Assembly: GCA_010909165.1 (NCBI GenBank)
Contig: MU008173.1
Coordinates: 62,001-126,000 of the forward strand
Source: Anthoceros angustus
Taxonomy: Eukaryota; Plantae; Anthocerotophyta
Direction of reading: 5' to 3'
DNA length: 64,000 nt
Notes under the pieces: generated by a model
Databases searched by the model: none
Told to the model about the DNA's origin: nothing
What the model saw: the letters and a program-made list of their open reading frames with translations, nothing else
Program-made: the position numbers and the translations under genes
Shown: piece by piece, positions 12,540 to 24,600 of the stretch
Layout: the number at the start of each line of letters is the position of its first letter
How positions within the stretch are numbered: the first letter of the stretch is position 1

Positions 12540-14285
12540 CCGAACATGGATGTGTTGACGCGGCGCTTCAGACCGAGGTTGTCGGATCGCGTGAGACGTC
12601 CATCTCGAACTCGCCTTCCAGAACCACGCCGGGCTCCTGGTGTAGCGCACCTCCACTGCATCTGCGCTGAAGATGCTAAATTTCATAACCATCTGGCCTA
12701 CAAAACAGGGGATGAGGGAACCGAGAAGCATTCATCCACGCCGACGTGCTGTCCCCTGCGCACGAAGACGCGGAACCTGTGTCTGCACTACCAACCGGAG
12801 GCAGAACGCCATTGCCGGTGGCCCGGAGCATCTCGCTCCGAATCGAATGCGGACTCGACCTCAATGCCGTAGGTTTTGCGGGCCACTCTGGAGATGACCA
12901 GGTCGGGGGAGAAGCCGAAGAGGACAGCCCCTTGGCACATGGCGCTACCGGGATCTGGCGGCATCACGATCTTGTCTCCCACCCTCTCTGCGAGTGCTAC
13001 CTTCACTCTGTCCCGCAGGTAAGGAAAGCCGGAGAAACCGCCTACCAGCAGCAGCAGCTTCAGGCGCGGGGTGATGGCCTCTTGTGTCAGCTGTATGATC
13101 CTGTCCACCACGGGGTCGAAGATTTGCTTCATGTCTGACACGGTGAACTCCATGTCGTCATCCTCGTTGCCCCCTTTCTTCTTGTTGTAGGATCTCCAGG
13201 CTTTCTTCACGGCTGCCGGCACGTCCAGGTTCTGAGTACCCCACTCCTCGGAGCCATCGAAGGAGTTTTCATGTCGGACCAGCGCCTCAGCAGCGCGGTC
13301 ATGGCGTTAGGGTTCTGGCTCACGGCTTCATCGAAGCAGCCCATCCTGGCCCGCAGCAAGTGGACTAGCGCCCCCGCAGAGATCACCCGAGCTCCGCACG
13401 GCTTCCTTCAGCTTCAGCTTCTGGAGGCCGTGGTTGGCCTTGGTGTGGACCACAATGTCCGTGGTGCCTCCCCGATATCCGCCACCATGAACTCCTCTCC
13501 GCGCTCGAGGTTCAGCTGCCCTGATCTGGACTTGGCGCATTAGGCGGATGCCGCCTCCGATTCCAACACGATCCGCACGGGATGCCGGCTGGCGGCCGCG
13601 GCCAGGTGAGGCGGGCAGCTTGGGCCGGCCCCCAGGCCGCCTATCTCCGCACACTTGCGCATCATCTGCTTGGCGGAGTCGTCCCAGATGGCGGGCACTG
13701 TCAGGCACCACTGCACGTTCCTGGCCGTGATGTGGCTGCCCCATGTCTCCTGCACATGCTTGAGAAGGCACCACTGCACGTTCCTGGCCGTGATGCCCAT
13801 GCTGTCTCCTGCACATGCTTGAGAAGGCACCACTGCACGTTCCTGGCCGTGATGTGGCTGCCCCATGTCTCCTGCACATGCTTGAGAAGGCACCACTGCA
13901 CGTTCCTGGCCGTGATGTGGCTGCCCCATGTCTCCTGCATGCTTGAGAGCGAAGGTGGAGATCTCCTTGAGGAAGTCGGCCGTGGCTCTCACCACCGGCA
14001 AGCCCTCGGGAAGTTCAAGACCGGCGGCATGTTTCCCACCCCTCTTGGTCCCCCGCTTCATCCCCAGTGTGTGAGCTCGTACTCCGCCTTCCTACCTGGA
14101 GCCGCCTTCTTGTTCACATAGAACAGACCGGTCTGCGTCTTGCAATACGATTTGCCTTCCTGCCCCGGCCACTCGTAGAAGGTAAAGATGTGATCAGGCT
14201 CGTCCTTGTGCGCGAATGCGAAGCCCGAGAAAGTGGTGTCGAAATCGATCCCCACTACCACTCTCACCTCGCTCCCGATCGCCAT
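12540..14285 (-). pseudogene. HSPA12-like Hsp70, copy E (GIDFD instead of GIDFG, internal deletions, internal tandem repeats, 3' truncation)
   Basis: ORFs 14058-14738 (VVVGIDFDTTFSGFAF), 13540-14061 and 12788-13222. The 3' end is joined to a copy of the Hsp70 upstream region at about 12435-12540. Confidence 0.8.
13704..13950. repeat. Four tandem copies of a ~63-bp coding segment inside copy E
   Basis: ggcaccactgcacgttcctggccgtgatgtggctgccccatgtctcctgcacatgcttgaga repeated 4 times. Confidence 0.9.
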
Positions 14286-14767
14286 AGCAGCCAAGCTGCC
14301 GGCGGACCAGCACACTCGTGACTCAAATCCCTGCCACCTCGGATCTGCCTTCTCCTTGATCTCAATGAGTAAGGAGTCTGCCACGCACGGCTTCAACAAC
14401 CCGACTCCGGTTTGGATCAAGATTGCTTCTCCGACTAGGGCATGACGTGCAAGGATTGCTGTACGTGCCCTCTGGTTTGTGACCGTCTGTCTCTTCACGC
14501 GGATGTTCTTCCAAAGGAATCCACTTGTTCGCTGGAACTGTTCATAGTGAATGCCGCCAGCTGTGATCACGCGCCATGTACAATTGTATGTGGTGTGGTA
14601 TGGCTGACCAATGCCATCACCAAATCTGGTAGTCTCTTGTACATCTTCTACAGGAGGATAGCCGCTTGATGGAATCTCGTAGTATTGAGCAGACGAGTGA
14701 CAATTGTGGGAGGTGGTGGTGGGAATTGCTGCCTGCAACCTAGTGGAGAATCGGGATTCAACAGAGG

Positions 14768-15343
14768 AGAATCAAGGATGCCTTTGCCGACGTGCTGGAT
14801 GGCAGGATGGTAATTCCCCCCGACCCTGGTGGCGCGGCGTGCAGAGGAGCTGTCAGTTTTGGGCGTTGCCCGCGGCTTGTCACCTCTAGGGTTTCCCGCA
14901 AAACCTACGGAGCGGAGCTCGTGCGGCGCTTCATTCCCGAGTCTGATCCTTGGGAGTATTTTCTGGAGACAGACTTGGGAGAAATGTGTGCGAACAGCTT
15001 CAGAACCTTTGTGAGCAAGGGACAGCATGTCGCCATGGACTACTCTGTTAAGCAGAACATTCTCCCTGTTGAGAAGAAGCAGGCCTCGCTCTCTGTCGGC
15101 ATATTTAGTTCACACGCTGTTCATATGCACTCCACTACTGATCCGGGATTGGTGTTTGAGGGCGAATTGGAAGTGGACATTTCAGATGATCCGGAGGACT
15201 TGGACCTGGGGCGGAAGCTGGAGGCGTCTATGACTTTCGGCACCTCATGCATACAGGTGCAGGGCCGACGTCTCCATTTCGGGAACAAGGAAGAAGTGAT
15301 TGAGATGCACCATAGTAAAGGATTCGAGCTTGAGAAGCACTGA
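14768..15343 (+). pseudogene. HSPA12-like Hsp70, copy F (C-terminal third only; paralog of copy D)
   Basis: ORF 14792-15343 is homologous to the C-terminus of D. Upstream 14520-14767 matches the upstream region of D. About 1.3 kb is deleted at a GAGA microhomology. Confidence 0.8.
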
Positions 15344-15849
15344 CTCCGCTTCCCGAGCTTTGACACCTCTTGGGATTGCGACATCGTGCTGTCCTATGTG
15401 GCCCACGTCTTGCCATCGAAATGGCAATTGACTGCATCACGATCTGCAACAGCTTCCACTTTGCAGGGTTGCCTGAGCCTTGACACACATAGGGCAGGAG
15501 ACGGGAACACATTACCCAGCTGCGGCTTCCATCCTGTCAAAAACAAAAGCAGCTTGTATGTGACTTGTACAAGTGCCAACACCTCCACGGCTTTACTTCA
15601 CCCGGTAGTGAGCCATCGGGCCTCTGAATTGAGCAACGGGCCACCCTAAACAGACCCACTGCTCGGGCACATTTCCAAATCTATGTTCAAGCAAATGCAT
15701 CCAGGGCCTGCCCTAAGCCTCCCTAAGCCTCAGTCACCAGTAGCCAGTCTGCTGGTTGAGCGGATGTCCTAGACTTACAATCCTCCGTGCCATAACATAT
15801 TGGTTTTAGAATAGGAGCCTTGACACACATGAAAAAAGGTTTGAATAGC

Positions 15850-16090
15850 AAATTACCTGTATTCCATACCTATTGCAGCCAAAAATCAGCAAACCCTTCT
15901 CCTACAGACGTCGCTCAAGATTTGTCCAGCCACTTTTGTCTTCACCAGTCTCGACAAGTGAATCTGCAGCTGTACAGGATGTAGCCTCGCTCCCTGATCT
16001 CCACTGTTTGTTCTTGTTGTAACTTCATTTGCTGAAGGAGCAGTGTTTTTTTCTATCAGGTGGCCAGAATCAGCTTAAGCTTCAGGCAAG
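15850..16090 (-). pseudogene. CLF/E(z)-like SANT exon remnant
   Basis: Minus strand GWTNLERRL*EKGLLIFGCN followed by a GTATGG splice donor. Confidence 0.7.
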
Positions 16091-16124
16091 TGGTTTGCAC
16101 CGGATCAGGAAACCTTTCTCCTAA

Positions 16125-16186
16125 TTTCATATGTATAAAATAAAATTCGAAAATTTCTTTTCGAATTTTATTTAATACGTATGAAA
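16125..16186. repeat. AT-rich inverted repeat (29-bp arms, 2 mismatches, 4-nt loop)
   Basis: tttcatatgtataaaataaaattcgaaaa-tttc-ttttcgaattttatttaatacgtatgaaa. Confidence 0.8.
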
Positions 16187-16790
16187 ATATTAAATAGTTA
16201 CTATATAGTTGATCTTAGACATTCTCATTCACGCTCATTCTATAGGCGTGCTCTTATTCGTGTTTTAAACAATTATATGTTTGGCCTTTGATATCCCTCT
16301 CACGCGAATTCGGAGGCTTTAAAAATATTTCGAAGTGTATATGGAAGTGAACGAATTACATAAGTTAGTATTATACACAAACTCCCTAATATGAATAGAG
16401 AGTACTATGTTAGGATATGTATAGGCCCTCCACCATATATAAGAGCCCTTTAGGAGGTTTTGTAGGTGTGACTTATCTTGTAGACTATGATATGAATTTT
16501 ATTTGTATTTTTATTTGAGTTATTATTATTTCTATTATTATTATCATTAGTATTATGACCAAGCAACACTAAAGAGAGAAGAGGAAGAATTTGATTGAAT
16601 TTCCGTAGTGGGACAGAGTGTCAAACAATGCCTCAGTTTCCAAGTGTGGCGAGCTCAGATCCCCTGAGCCCTGAGCCCTAAACCCTAGAAATTGAAATTC
16701 CGTTCCGGACACGGTAAAAATTTGAGCTAGGTCCACGTTATTCCAGTCCGAGGCAGGGCCGAGCCCTTGTGAGACGTGGAGCTGATCGCC

Positions 16791-18059
16791 ATGGGTTCCT
16801 GCAACAGCACGGCCGACAGCAGTGCGAGCGCAGGGGCCAAGGTGGATGCGAGTGCGAAGAAGAAGAAGAAGGAGAAGGCTCGCTGGAGCGAGCTGCCGGA
16901 TGACGTCATAGCCAAGATTCAAGCTCAGCTGCCGCTGGTGAGCCTGGTGCGATCGCGCGCGGTGTGCAGAGCGTGGAACGCGGCCGTGGAGTCCGCGGGC
17001 TTGTTGCAGGAGCGGGAGGAATCGGGAGCGGGAGCGCGGGACTCGTTGCTGTTGGTGACAGGCTTGCACCTGTCCAAGTCCGAGTTTGGCTGTGGCACGG
17101 CCGGCGCCCCGAGGGCGTGCGCCTACGACCCCGCCTCCAACCGCTGGTACCAGTTCCGGCTCCCGCCGTGGCTGCAAACTCCACCGAACCAGGGGGAGAG
17201 CATGGAGGCGGTCCCGGCGTGGGGGGGCAACGGCATGCTGGTGGTTCATTTGCGGCCGGTGTTGTACGACAATGGATGGTGGGATCACGCGGTCGTGGCG
17301 CACCTGGGCAACCCGGTGATGCGCTCCTGGGCCTCGCTGCCGGAGCTTCCAGAGACCATGCGCTTCTCCCGTGTGCTGGGGCTGTTCGTGGACGCCCAGG
17401 CCAAGTGTTTCAAGCTGGTGGTGTCGGGTTTTTGGCCTCCTCCGGGCCGGTCGACGCTCGTGTTCGACTCCGCGCTGGGGACCTGGAGTTTGACATCCTC
17501 AGGTGGGGCGTATCAAGGATCATGGCAGGGAGTGTTTGTGGGCACCGTTCTTTACTGCTTTACCGTAAACCACGATCTGGTGGCTTACGATCTGGAGCGG
17601 GCGAGCTGGAGCTTGTCGGGCGTGGCCAGGCCGCCAGAGTCGGACTTGCTGGTGCATTCCAACCTCGTCAACCTGGGGGGCCGCCTGCTTTGCGTGTTCG
17701 TTTTGAGCAGGGGTCAGTCAACGTTGTGGGAGCTGGAGATCTGGGAAGTGGACTTCGCGCGCATGGCCTGGACGGTGGTGGACGCCATGCCCGCTAGCAT
17801 GTTCGATCTATTCCGGGCAGACAGCAGATTTCATTCACAGTATATGTACCACTATCCAGGCATCTTGGAGACTGTGGCGGCACAGGACAAAGTAATATAC
17901 CTCATCCATCACAAGTCGCAAAGGATCGCAGCTCTGGATTTGCGACACACGCCTGGAGCTTGGAGGTGGCTTCCCTTCATGCCCTACACGAATTTTATCA
18001 GAAACCGCTATTACTGCATCAATCCTTGGCTGAAATTCGGCAGCTGGATGCAACATTAG
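16791..18059 (+). CDS. F-box protein with kelch/FBA-like beta-propeller C-terminus; intact, single exon
   Basis: Uninterrupted ORF. F-box WSELPDDVIAKIQAQLPLVSLVRSRAVCRAWN, followed by plant F-box/kelch-like blades (AYDPASNRW, NPVMRSWASLP, VFDSALGTW, VAYDLERASW, LVNLGGRL). Confidence 0.9.
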   Translation: MGSCNSTADSSASAGAKVDASAKKKKKEKARWSELPDDVIAKIQAQLPLVSLVRSRAVCRAWNAAVESAGLLQEREESGAGARDSLLLVTGLHLSKSEFGCGTAGAPRACAYDPASNRWYQFRLPPWLQTPPNQGESMEAVPAWGGNGMLVVHLRPVLYDNGWWDHAVVAHLGNPVMRSWASLPELPETMRFSRVLGLFVDAQAKCFKLVVSGFWPPPGRSTLVFDSALGTWSLTSSGGAYQGSWQGVFVGTVLYCFTVNHDLVAYDLERASWSLSGVARPPESDLLVHSNLVNLGGRLLCVFVLSRGQSTLWELEIWEVDFARMAWTVVDAMPASMFDLFRADSRFHSQYMYHYPGILETVAAQDKVIYLIHHKSQRIAALDLRHTPGAWRWLPFMPYTNFIRNRYYCINPWLKFGSWMQH

Positions 18060-20094
18060 TTTGAAACGAGATTTGAAGGAGCAAGCACCCGTAGGTTACA
18101 TGTAGGTACAGCGCTTCCATGGACAAATTTTGGACAGAAGCGATTTTGGACGAGCAATTCCGGACTGTCAAGAGTGATTATAAAAGACTGTGAAGAGCAA
18201 TTTTGGACTGTGAGCTTCGTTTCTTCCTCCTGCTGCATTCCCACTCAGTGGGTCGCAGCAGCACAAGAGTAATGAGGAGATCGTTACAGTAGGCTAAGTA
18301 ACCTCCACTCACGCATGGCCAGCACTTTGTCTCTGTACACAAGGCGTTGCCAGGCCTCGGACATTTTCGTCTGAACATGAAAAACCACGGAGTGAGAATG
18401 CCAGGAGTCCACCACTGACTATCCAGCTTCTCCACGCGTTCATATATGACTCAAAGTTTGAATGCGGCCACGTCCACCGCCAGATCGTTCGCGTGAAGTG
18501 CAGAGAGAGCGGGGTACCCAGCTCCAATTCGGTTGCGCATTGGCCACAATGGGTTTTGGTGAAGTAGAAGCTTCCTCTATCTTCATGTTTGCTTCAAGTT
18601 TCACGCATGATTCAACATCTGCTGGCCATGCCGCGCTCCAGACTTGGGCTAATCGTTCCGCTTCAAATGGATTTATAGGCCCGCTTCATCCCGTCGGGAT
18701 CAACAATGCCCTGGGGGAAATGGCGAGTCCAGGGGACTCGCCCGTTGTACCCACCAGGCGGCCCGAGATCGTTCGTATGAAGGCCAAGAAGTGGGACATA
18801 CGACTCTTCTGCTCATACACGAGAATGACGGCAGGTGAAATAGATACTACTCTGTCTTGATGTTTGCTTCACGTTTCTCAGGTGATTCTACACCTGCTGG
18901 CCATGGCACTCTAGGCTTAGGCTAATGGCTCATTCTTTGCTCAACAGAGCTCAAGTTCTCGCCGAAACAATACAAGGACGTCGACCCTCTTCGTTCTCTT
19001 CCCCCGGGCATGGACAATCCCCCATGGCACACACCCACAGGTCTGGAAATACCCGTGTACTATTTCTTCGCAGGTTCCAGAAAGATTAGCATGGGAGTTC
19101 TGCTACGATTTGACCCACACGTAAGATTCATCACTGGCTTGAAATCGATGCAGGCCGTTCAAATTGTTGGAGCGAGAGCTGGCTCACACGAGTTCCTGTG
19201 CTGCATTGCATGCGTTGGCTGAAATTAGGGTTGTTCAGATTATCCCCATTCGCAATCGGCACCGCTCTACGCCGCTCTTTAATGCCACATTTCCAGGCAT
19301 CAAGGCATCTCAATGCCGGTGAAAGTAAACTAACAAACTATATAGTTATTTTTTATTTTAAAATATGTTTTTATATTTTAATATTATTTTTATCTCACAA
19401 GATGATAGTTAGGACGATTCTTTCCATTCTAAGGTCGGTCTTCCTTCTTTACAATTATTTGATGGAGGGTTTTAACATTCTACAATCTCATCCAACTTAG
19501 TATTTATTAGGAGTTTAAACTATTTGTATGAAATTCGCATGAGCAGGTGGTCTTAAGTGGTGATACTTATGAATGATTCACCTTAGAAGTTTATCTTAGA
19601 ATTAAACTATAATTTATTAAAATTTAAGTGGTTGATGGTGTATTGGTTTAAGTGCTTAGTTATAGTAATAAGAAGAAATGATTAAATATGGGTGTAAGGA
19701 TTCCATTAAAAGTTTTTTTTTTCAAGCCCATTTTTATTTATTTATTTATACATTCACAATCAAACAAGGGAATCGAGCTCAAAAGAACTTGGAATTACCA
19801 TAGAGTAGAGAAAAATATTTTAAACCACCTCGCAAACAAATAACCACCTACGTTGAGCTACTACCTTAACCACTGAATGAGGATCTGTTTTCTTGAAACA
19901 CTAAGGAATTTCTAGAAAGGATCCCATCAAAAGTTATAGGTGGCAAAAGTTATACAGTCTCATATACAGAAACTATTTAAAAGATAATTTTCAATGATCT
20001 TTATTATTGGTTTACTCAATTATTTGTTATGGTGCATATATTCCCTGCCCCCTTATCAATCCTCAGTTTGGGTTTTATGGGTCTCATATGCTTG

Positions 20095-21060
20095 TTTGCC
20101 TTTCACGGCAGGTTGCATTAAGCTTTCAAGGACATTCCTTCCCACATGTCGGGAAACAGCCACAGGCGGTGCAGTTCGTCTAGACAATCCCTCCTGGCAA
20201 CGTCACTCAACCTTTGTCGTAAAAAAAAAACAACAAAAGCTGGCATAAGTTGTCGCACCTAGTCCTTGCCTGCAGTATTGCCTGATTATGGACAACACCT
20301 ACTTTGCGACAGCCTCTTCATGTAGTCATGAATTTATAAACCACAGTACAAGTCTTCCAGCCTTTGAGCAGGCTTTGGGAAATAAGGCAGCCGCATCAGC
20401 AGCCATAAGAGCCGTGGCTCAGATGAAACCTACTTGGTTTCCCTTAATGAGAGAAATGGCTTAATGGGACAAAATGGATAGCTGTTGGAGCCAAAAATCT
20501 GCAAACCTGTCTCATACAGATCTTTCTCAGGCTTTTTCCTGGCACTATTGTCTGCAAACAAGTAAATCTCGCCAGGATGTAGCCTCACCCCCTGATCTCC
20601 AATTTTTGGGCTTGCTACATGTTCATTTTCCTAAGAAGCCGCCTTTTCTTCTATCAGGAGCCTAGATTTAGCTTCAGCTTCAAGCAAGAAATTTGGGAAA
20701 CCTTTCCCCTGGTCATGCTCATTTTCTGAGGTCAATGAATTGGTTCCCTGATATCTAGTCCGTTTCAAACACATCTGAACCGAGCTCCTCAATCCTTTCC
20801 AATGGATCCTGCAGTTGCACCCACACCTTTCCTTCGAGAGCATGATGTGTCTTTCTTCTGGATAGAGCTGAATCCCTGCTCCTCGCAGCTTCTAACACCA
20901 AACATCCCATTAAGCTCACCAGGCTGTTGTGAACAAAATGCAATCACGATCTGTTCACCCATCACCCTATAGTCCAGCAACTTGGAGATATCAACCTACA
21001 TGCAACAATCTACTACAAGGAGGCAGACGTACCTATAACACACATTGAGAGCCGCAGGGT
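20095..21060 (-). pseudogene. CLF/E(z)-like gene fragment (linker, SANT, start of CXC)
   Basis: EKDLYETGLQIFGSNS / CLISQSLLKGWKTCTVVYKFM / CGCFPTCGKECP*KLNATC on the minus strand; paralogous to 10780-12420. Confidence 0.75.
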
Positions 21061-21090
21061 CTTCATCTTTTTAACTTCTGGTTTAACCTC

Positions 21091-21183
21091 TGCCCTCTTT
21101 CTGGCATACAGGGATGCCAGAAAGAGGGCACATATACTTTTCTCCTACACTTGAGAAAAGTATATGTGCCCTCTTCGGCATCC
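21091..21183. repeat. Two overlapping foldback hairpins
   Basis: Perfect 17-bp stem 21091-21107/21114-21130; ~31-bp stem 21112-21144/21153-21183. Confidence 0.85.
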
Positions 21184-21231
21184 TGCTTTCTTCATTTTCC
21201 ACGATGAACTCTGTGGAATGAAAGAAAGCCC

Positions 21232-21366
21232 TGTTAGAAATCTATAGGATTGGTGCAACACATCACATATTAGAGTTATGAATATAAGTCCTAGAAGTAT
21301 ATAGGATTATCCCAGGAGCGAGATAGGGTTTCATACTATCAAGAGTATGACAAGGCCAAAGGCTAT
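21232..21366 (+). mobile_element. Left part of the Ty1/copia 5' LTR (split by the giant insertion)
   Basis: Starts TGTTAGAAA, an 8/9 inverted match to the LTR end TTTCTCACA at 61623-61631. Ends at the CTAT TSD. Confidence 0.75.
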
Positions 21367-21399
21367 AACAGCATAATATTTGAAGGGGCTGAATATACA
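21367..21399 (+). repeat. Left TIR
   Basis: aacagcataatatttgaaggggctgaatataca. Confidence 0.9.
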
Positions 21400-21659
21400 A
21401 AGCCTTACCAAGAGGAAAAACTTGGGCCTTTGAATTCGCGATTCAGATGTTTTGGTTTTCTTGGTGATGGTTCATTCCTTCCCTTCCCTTCGGCATCAGC
21501 TACTTTTCTCGTCGAGTGCACACGGTTATGGTCATCTTGTGAAAGCCCCAATGGTCTTCGCGGTGATATTCGATCGGTCTTTGCCATTGGTTTAACACCT
21601 ACTTGGAAAGCAATACACAGCACTAAAAAGCAATAAAAGATTAAAGAGGATGTTTGCAA

Positions 21660-24600
21660 GATTAAAGAGCTCGTTCAACAATGGTCGTGCAGTCATTGGG
21701 CACGCCGGCGCCCCGGAAAAGGCTTCCAAGCTGGCTACGCAACAGAAAGTAAATGTCCAATAACCTAACTACCAAAATCTTCGCCAGCAGCTTGAGTCTT
21801 GGGTGGGCATTGCCCAGATACGCTATCCAACACAACATCGACGTTTCTGAGAAGGGCGTGGTCGGGGTCCTCGAAGTTGTCGTTTTTGGGCATTCTCCAC
21901 ATCCAAAAGACCAGGATGACTGCTTTCGGTGTTGTAGTCTAGATGCCACACTGCGCTCAGAGTTCTCTGCCCGTCATCAAGGATTTGCCCCGTTTTCTCT
22001 TTCATCCTGTTCAACCCCAAAGGTACGACCTGTGCTTGCAAGTGACCCTTCTCAGACAAGCTTAATTCCTTTGCCCAGAATTGGGCAGGTCCTCGTCGGT
22101 GTGGCTCATGATTCAATTCCTCCTGAGCGTCTGGAAGTACCTCATATCCATGTATCCTTTGGGGAATGAATTGCGCACATCATTTGTCCAAGTCCGCAGC
22201 GATGCAATTGCGGCCACATAGCGTAGCTAGGGTTCGTCGCTTCACGCACACGCATCTAATATCCAATCTCCTTCTTTGGAGAAGTTGTTGATCATCTTAC
22301 GCATCAACCCTAATGGCCTCGATAAGCACATACCACGAGCTTGTCCAATGACATATAAAGAAGCTTCTTGATCGGTGTTGTGCCCAATGATCACGACCAT
22401 TATTGAGCAGGCCAAGGGCGGTGTTAGGTAACATTGAAACCTTGTTCTTCTTCTTTGTTACCCCCACCCTACCGTGATGTACTCGGCGGTATCATATCCA
22501 CCTTGATCATTATGCATGTTAGTTTTGTCCCATACAAGGAGACCATCCCTCCACGATTACTGCTGCGCGCAGCCTCCCTCACGGTGTGCGGCTCCTCCAC
22601 CCATGCATAACTATCATGCGGTTCCTCACAACTCGTCATGTCATGGAAAGAGTGAAATCATGCATCGTGTTTGGTCCATCTTTACATCATGCTTTCCTTG
22701 TTGAATCCACAGGCACATCCATAACCAATAAAGTGTAATTCCTCTTAGTAAAAACCCTCGGATGTCCAACACATCTCTCGCTACCACTTGGTATTTCACG
22801 ATACACTCCGTGGTTGGAGCAGTGAGCATTGCAGGCCTTCTTCCATGTCCATGTCGCTAGGGTCCTTTGTTCGTTCTCGGACCCTTCCATGTGTGCACTT
22901 CGGTGTAAGCACGGAAGTCCTCAGTAGTTTTTCAAATCCGCACATCTTTCACTTGTTGCACCGTCACGTCGGTCGGTGCTCAAAACGATTATGACAATAG
23001 GTAGGGTGGGGAAGGCGCGGCATGCGGCCTTCACCCCATTTACAACGAAGAAATGGTGGGCGGGCCCCCTCCCACTCAATGAGTCTTAAAACAAATGACA
23101 CCTTTCCATCGAGCTGTTTGAAACCGTGCAATAACATCATCCGAAGAGTGCATTGGGTATTCTGCCTAACCATCTCGAAGAGTCACATCCTAAGTGTTTC
23201 GCCGCCACTTGGATGACATGAAGTTTCTTCCGCAGTATCACCTCCTTGGACATACCATTCAGGTCCAGTAAACTGTCAAAACCTTTTCCATCACACTAAT
23301 CAGCATTTTCTGACCCGTCTCTCCTGGTGGAATTCCTTGGAAACTGCGCCATGGTTTCCCTTGCATCTCTTTGGGCTTAACAAAAACGCTTTCCACAGTC
23401 TTCACCTCTTCTCCAACTTTGCGTTTGCCCTTGCTCTTCTTGCTAGTACCTGCTGCAACATGTTTGGCCTGTTCAGGAAGTTCCATCGCCTCCCACTTGG
23501 TGAAGATCATCACGTTTTCCCACACCTTTCCCTCCAGTTTTGCTATGCATAGTATATGTGTCCGGTTGTCCACTTTGTTTTGCTTGTATTGCTCATCTTC
23601 CCGACCTTCGTCATCCTCTATCATTGCACCTTGTATAAATTGAACTTCCAGTTCATGCTCATTGTCACACCATCCGCTTTGCAATCAAGTTCATCCACAG
23701 GTATCGACCTTTCGATAAAGTTCATCTTTTCCTCTTGTCGACATTGTGTTGTGGTCGGTTGCGAACTCGCATCTCTGTAGAGTTAGCCCGCAATAGACAT
23801 GGGCCTCCATCCATTGGAACCTTGCCTTCCACGGTGATATATCGCAAGGCTGCTTCATGGCGGCGTAAGTATGATTGCCTCAGTACCCCATAATATACTT
23901 CTTTGCGGAACTTTTTCCGGTCTAATGTTTTGATATCCACGATCGGATGGGTCAATCATACAAAGCAAAGGCAGCACACCTTCTTCAATACGACCCTTGA
24001 GATAGCGAGCCGGGTAGTTCGCCCAAGCCTCATCCACTTGACGAACAGCATCCGGGTTAAAGCGAAGCGCCCTCAAATTCTCGACTTTACAGTCTGTTTA
24101 CGGCACCACCTTCTTTGATCACACTCACGACTTTACGCAAATAATCCTCATGCATCATAGCTTCGGTCTTTCTCCATCTGTTGAGACATGCAATGTTGGA
24201 ATCTCATTGTTGTCGATTTCCCTTGGGACGCTTGAACTTTTTCACCTCGTTCCTATCGAACCATCCGCACTCCGGGACTGCTTTGCCCACCACCTTCCTC
24301 ATCATGCATGCTTTTCCGCTTCTCATGGCCCCAGCGCCTTCCTCCAGCCACAGGTTTCCCTCGGCCGGCATCTGGCGCCTCCCTCCTCCGCGTCAGGCGC
24401 GGCATCGGCGCCCTCCTCCCTCCATCACCCCGGCATGCGGCGCCCGGCGCCTCCTCCTCTTCATGCGGGCGGCATGCGGGCGGCGGCGCCCTCCTCCTCC
24501 TCTCATGCGGAGGCGGCATGCGGCGCCCCCTCTCCTCTCAACTGGGGCGGCATGCGGCGCCCCCTCTCCGCCTCTCGTATGAGGCGCGGCATCGGCGCCC

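Noticed and set aside
16408-16568. Candidate solo LTR (TGTTAGG...CAACA)
   Set aside because: No matching 5-bp TSD.
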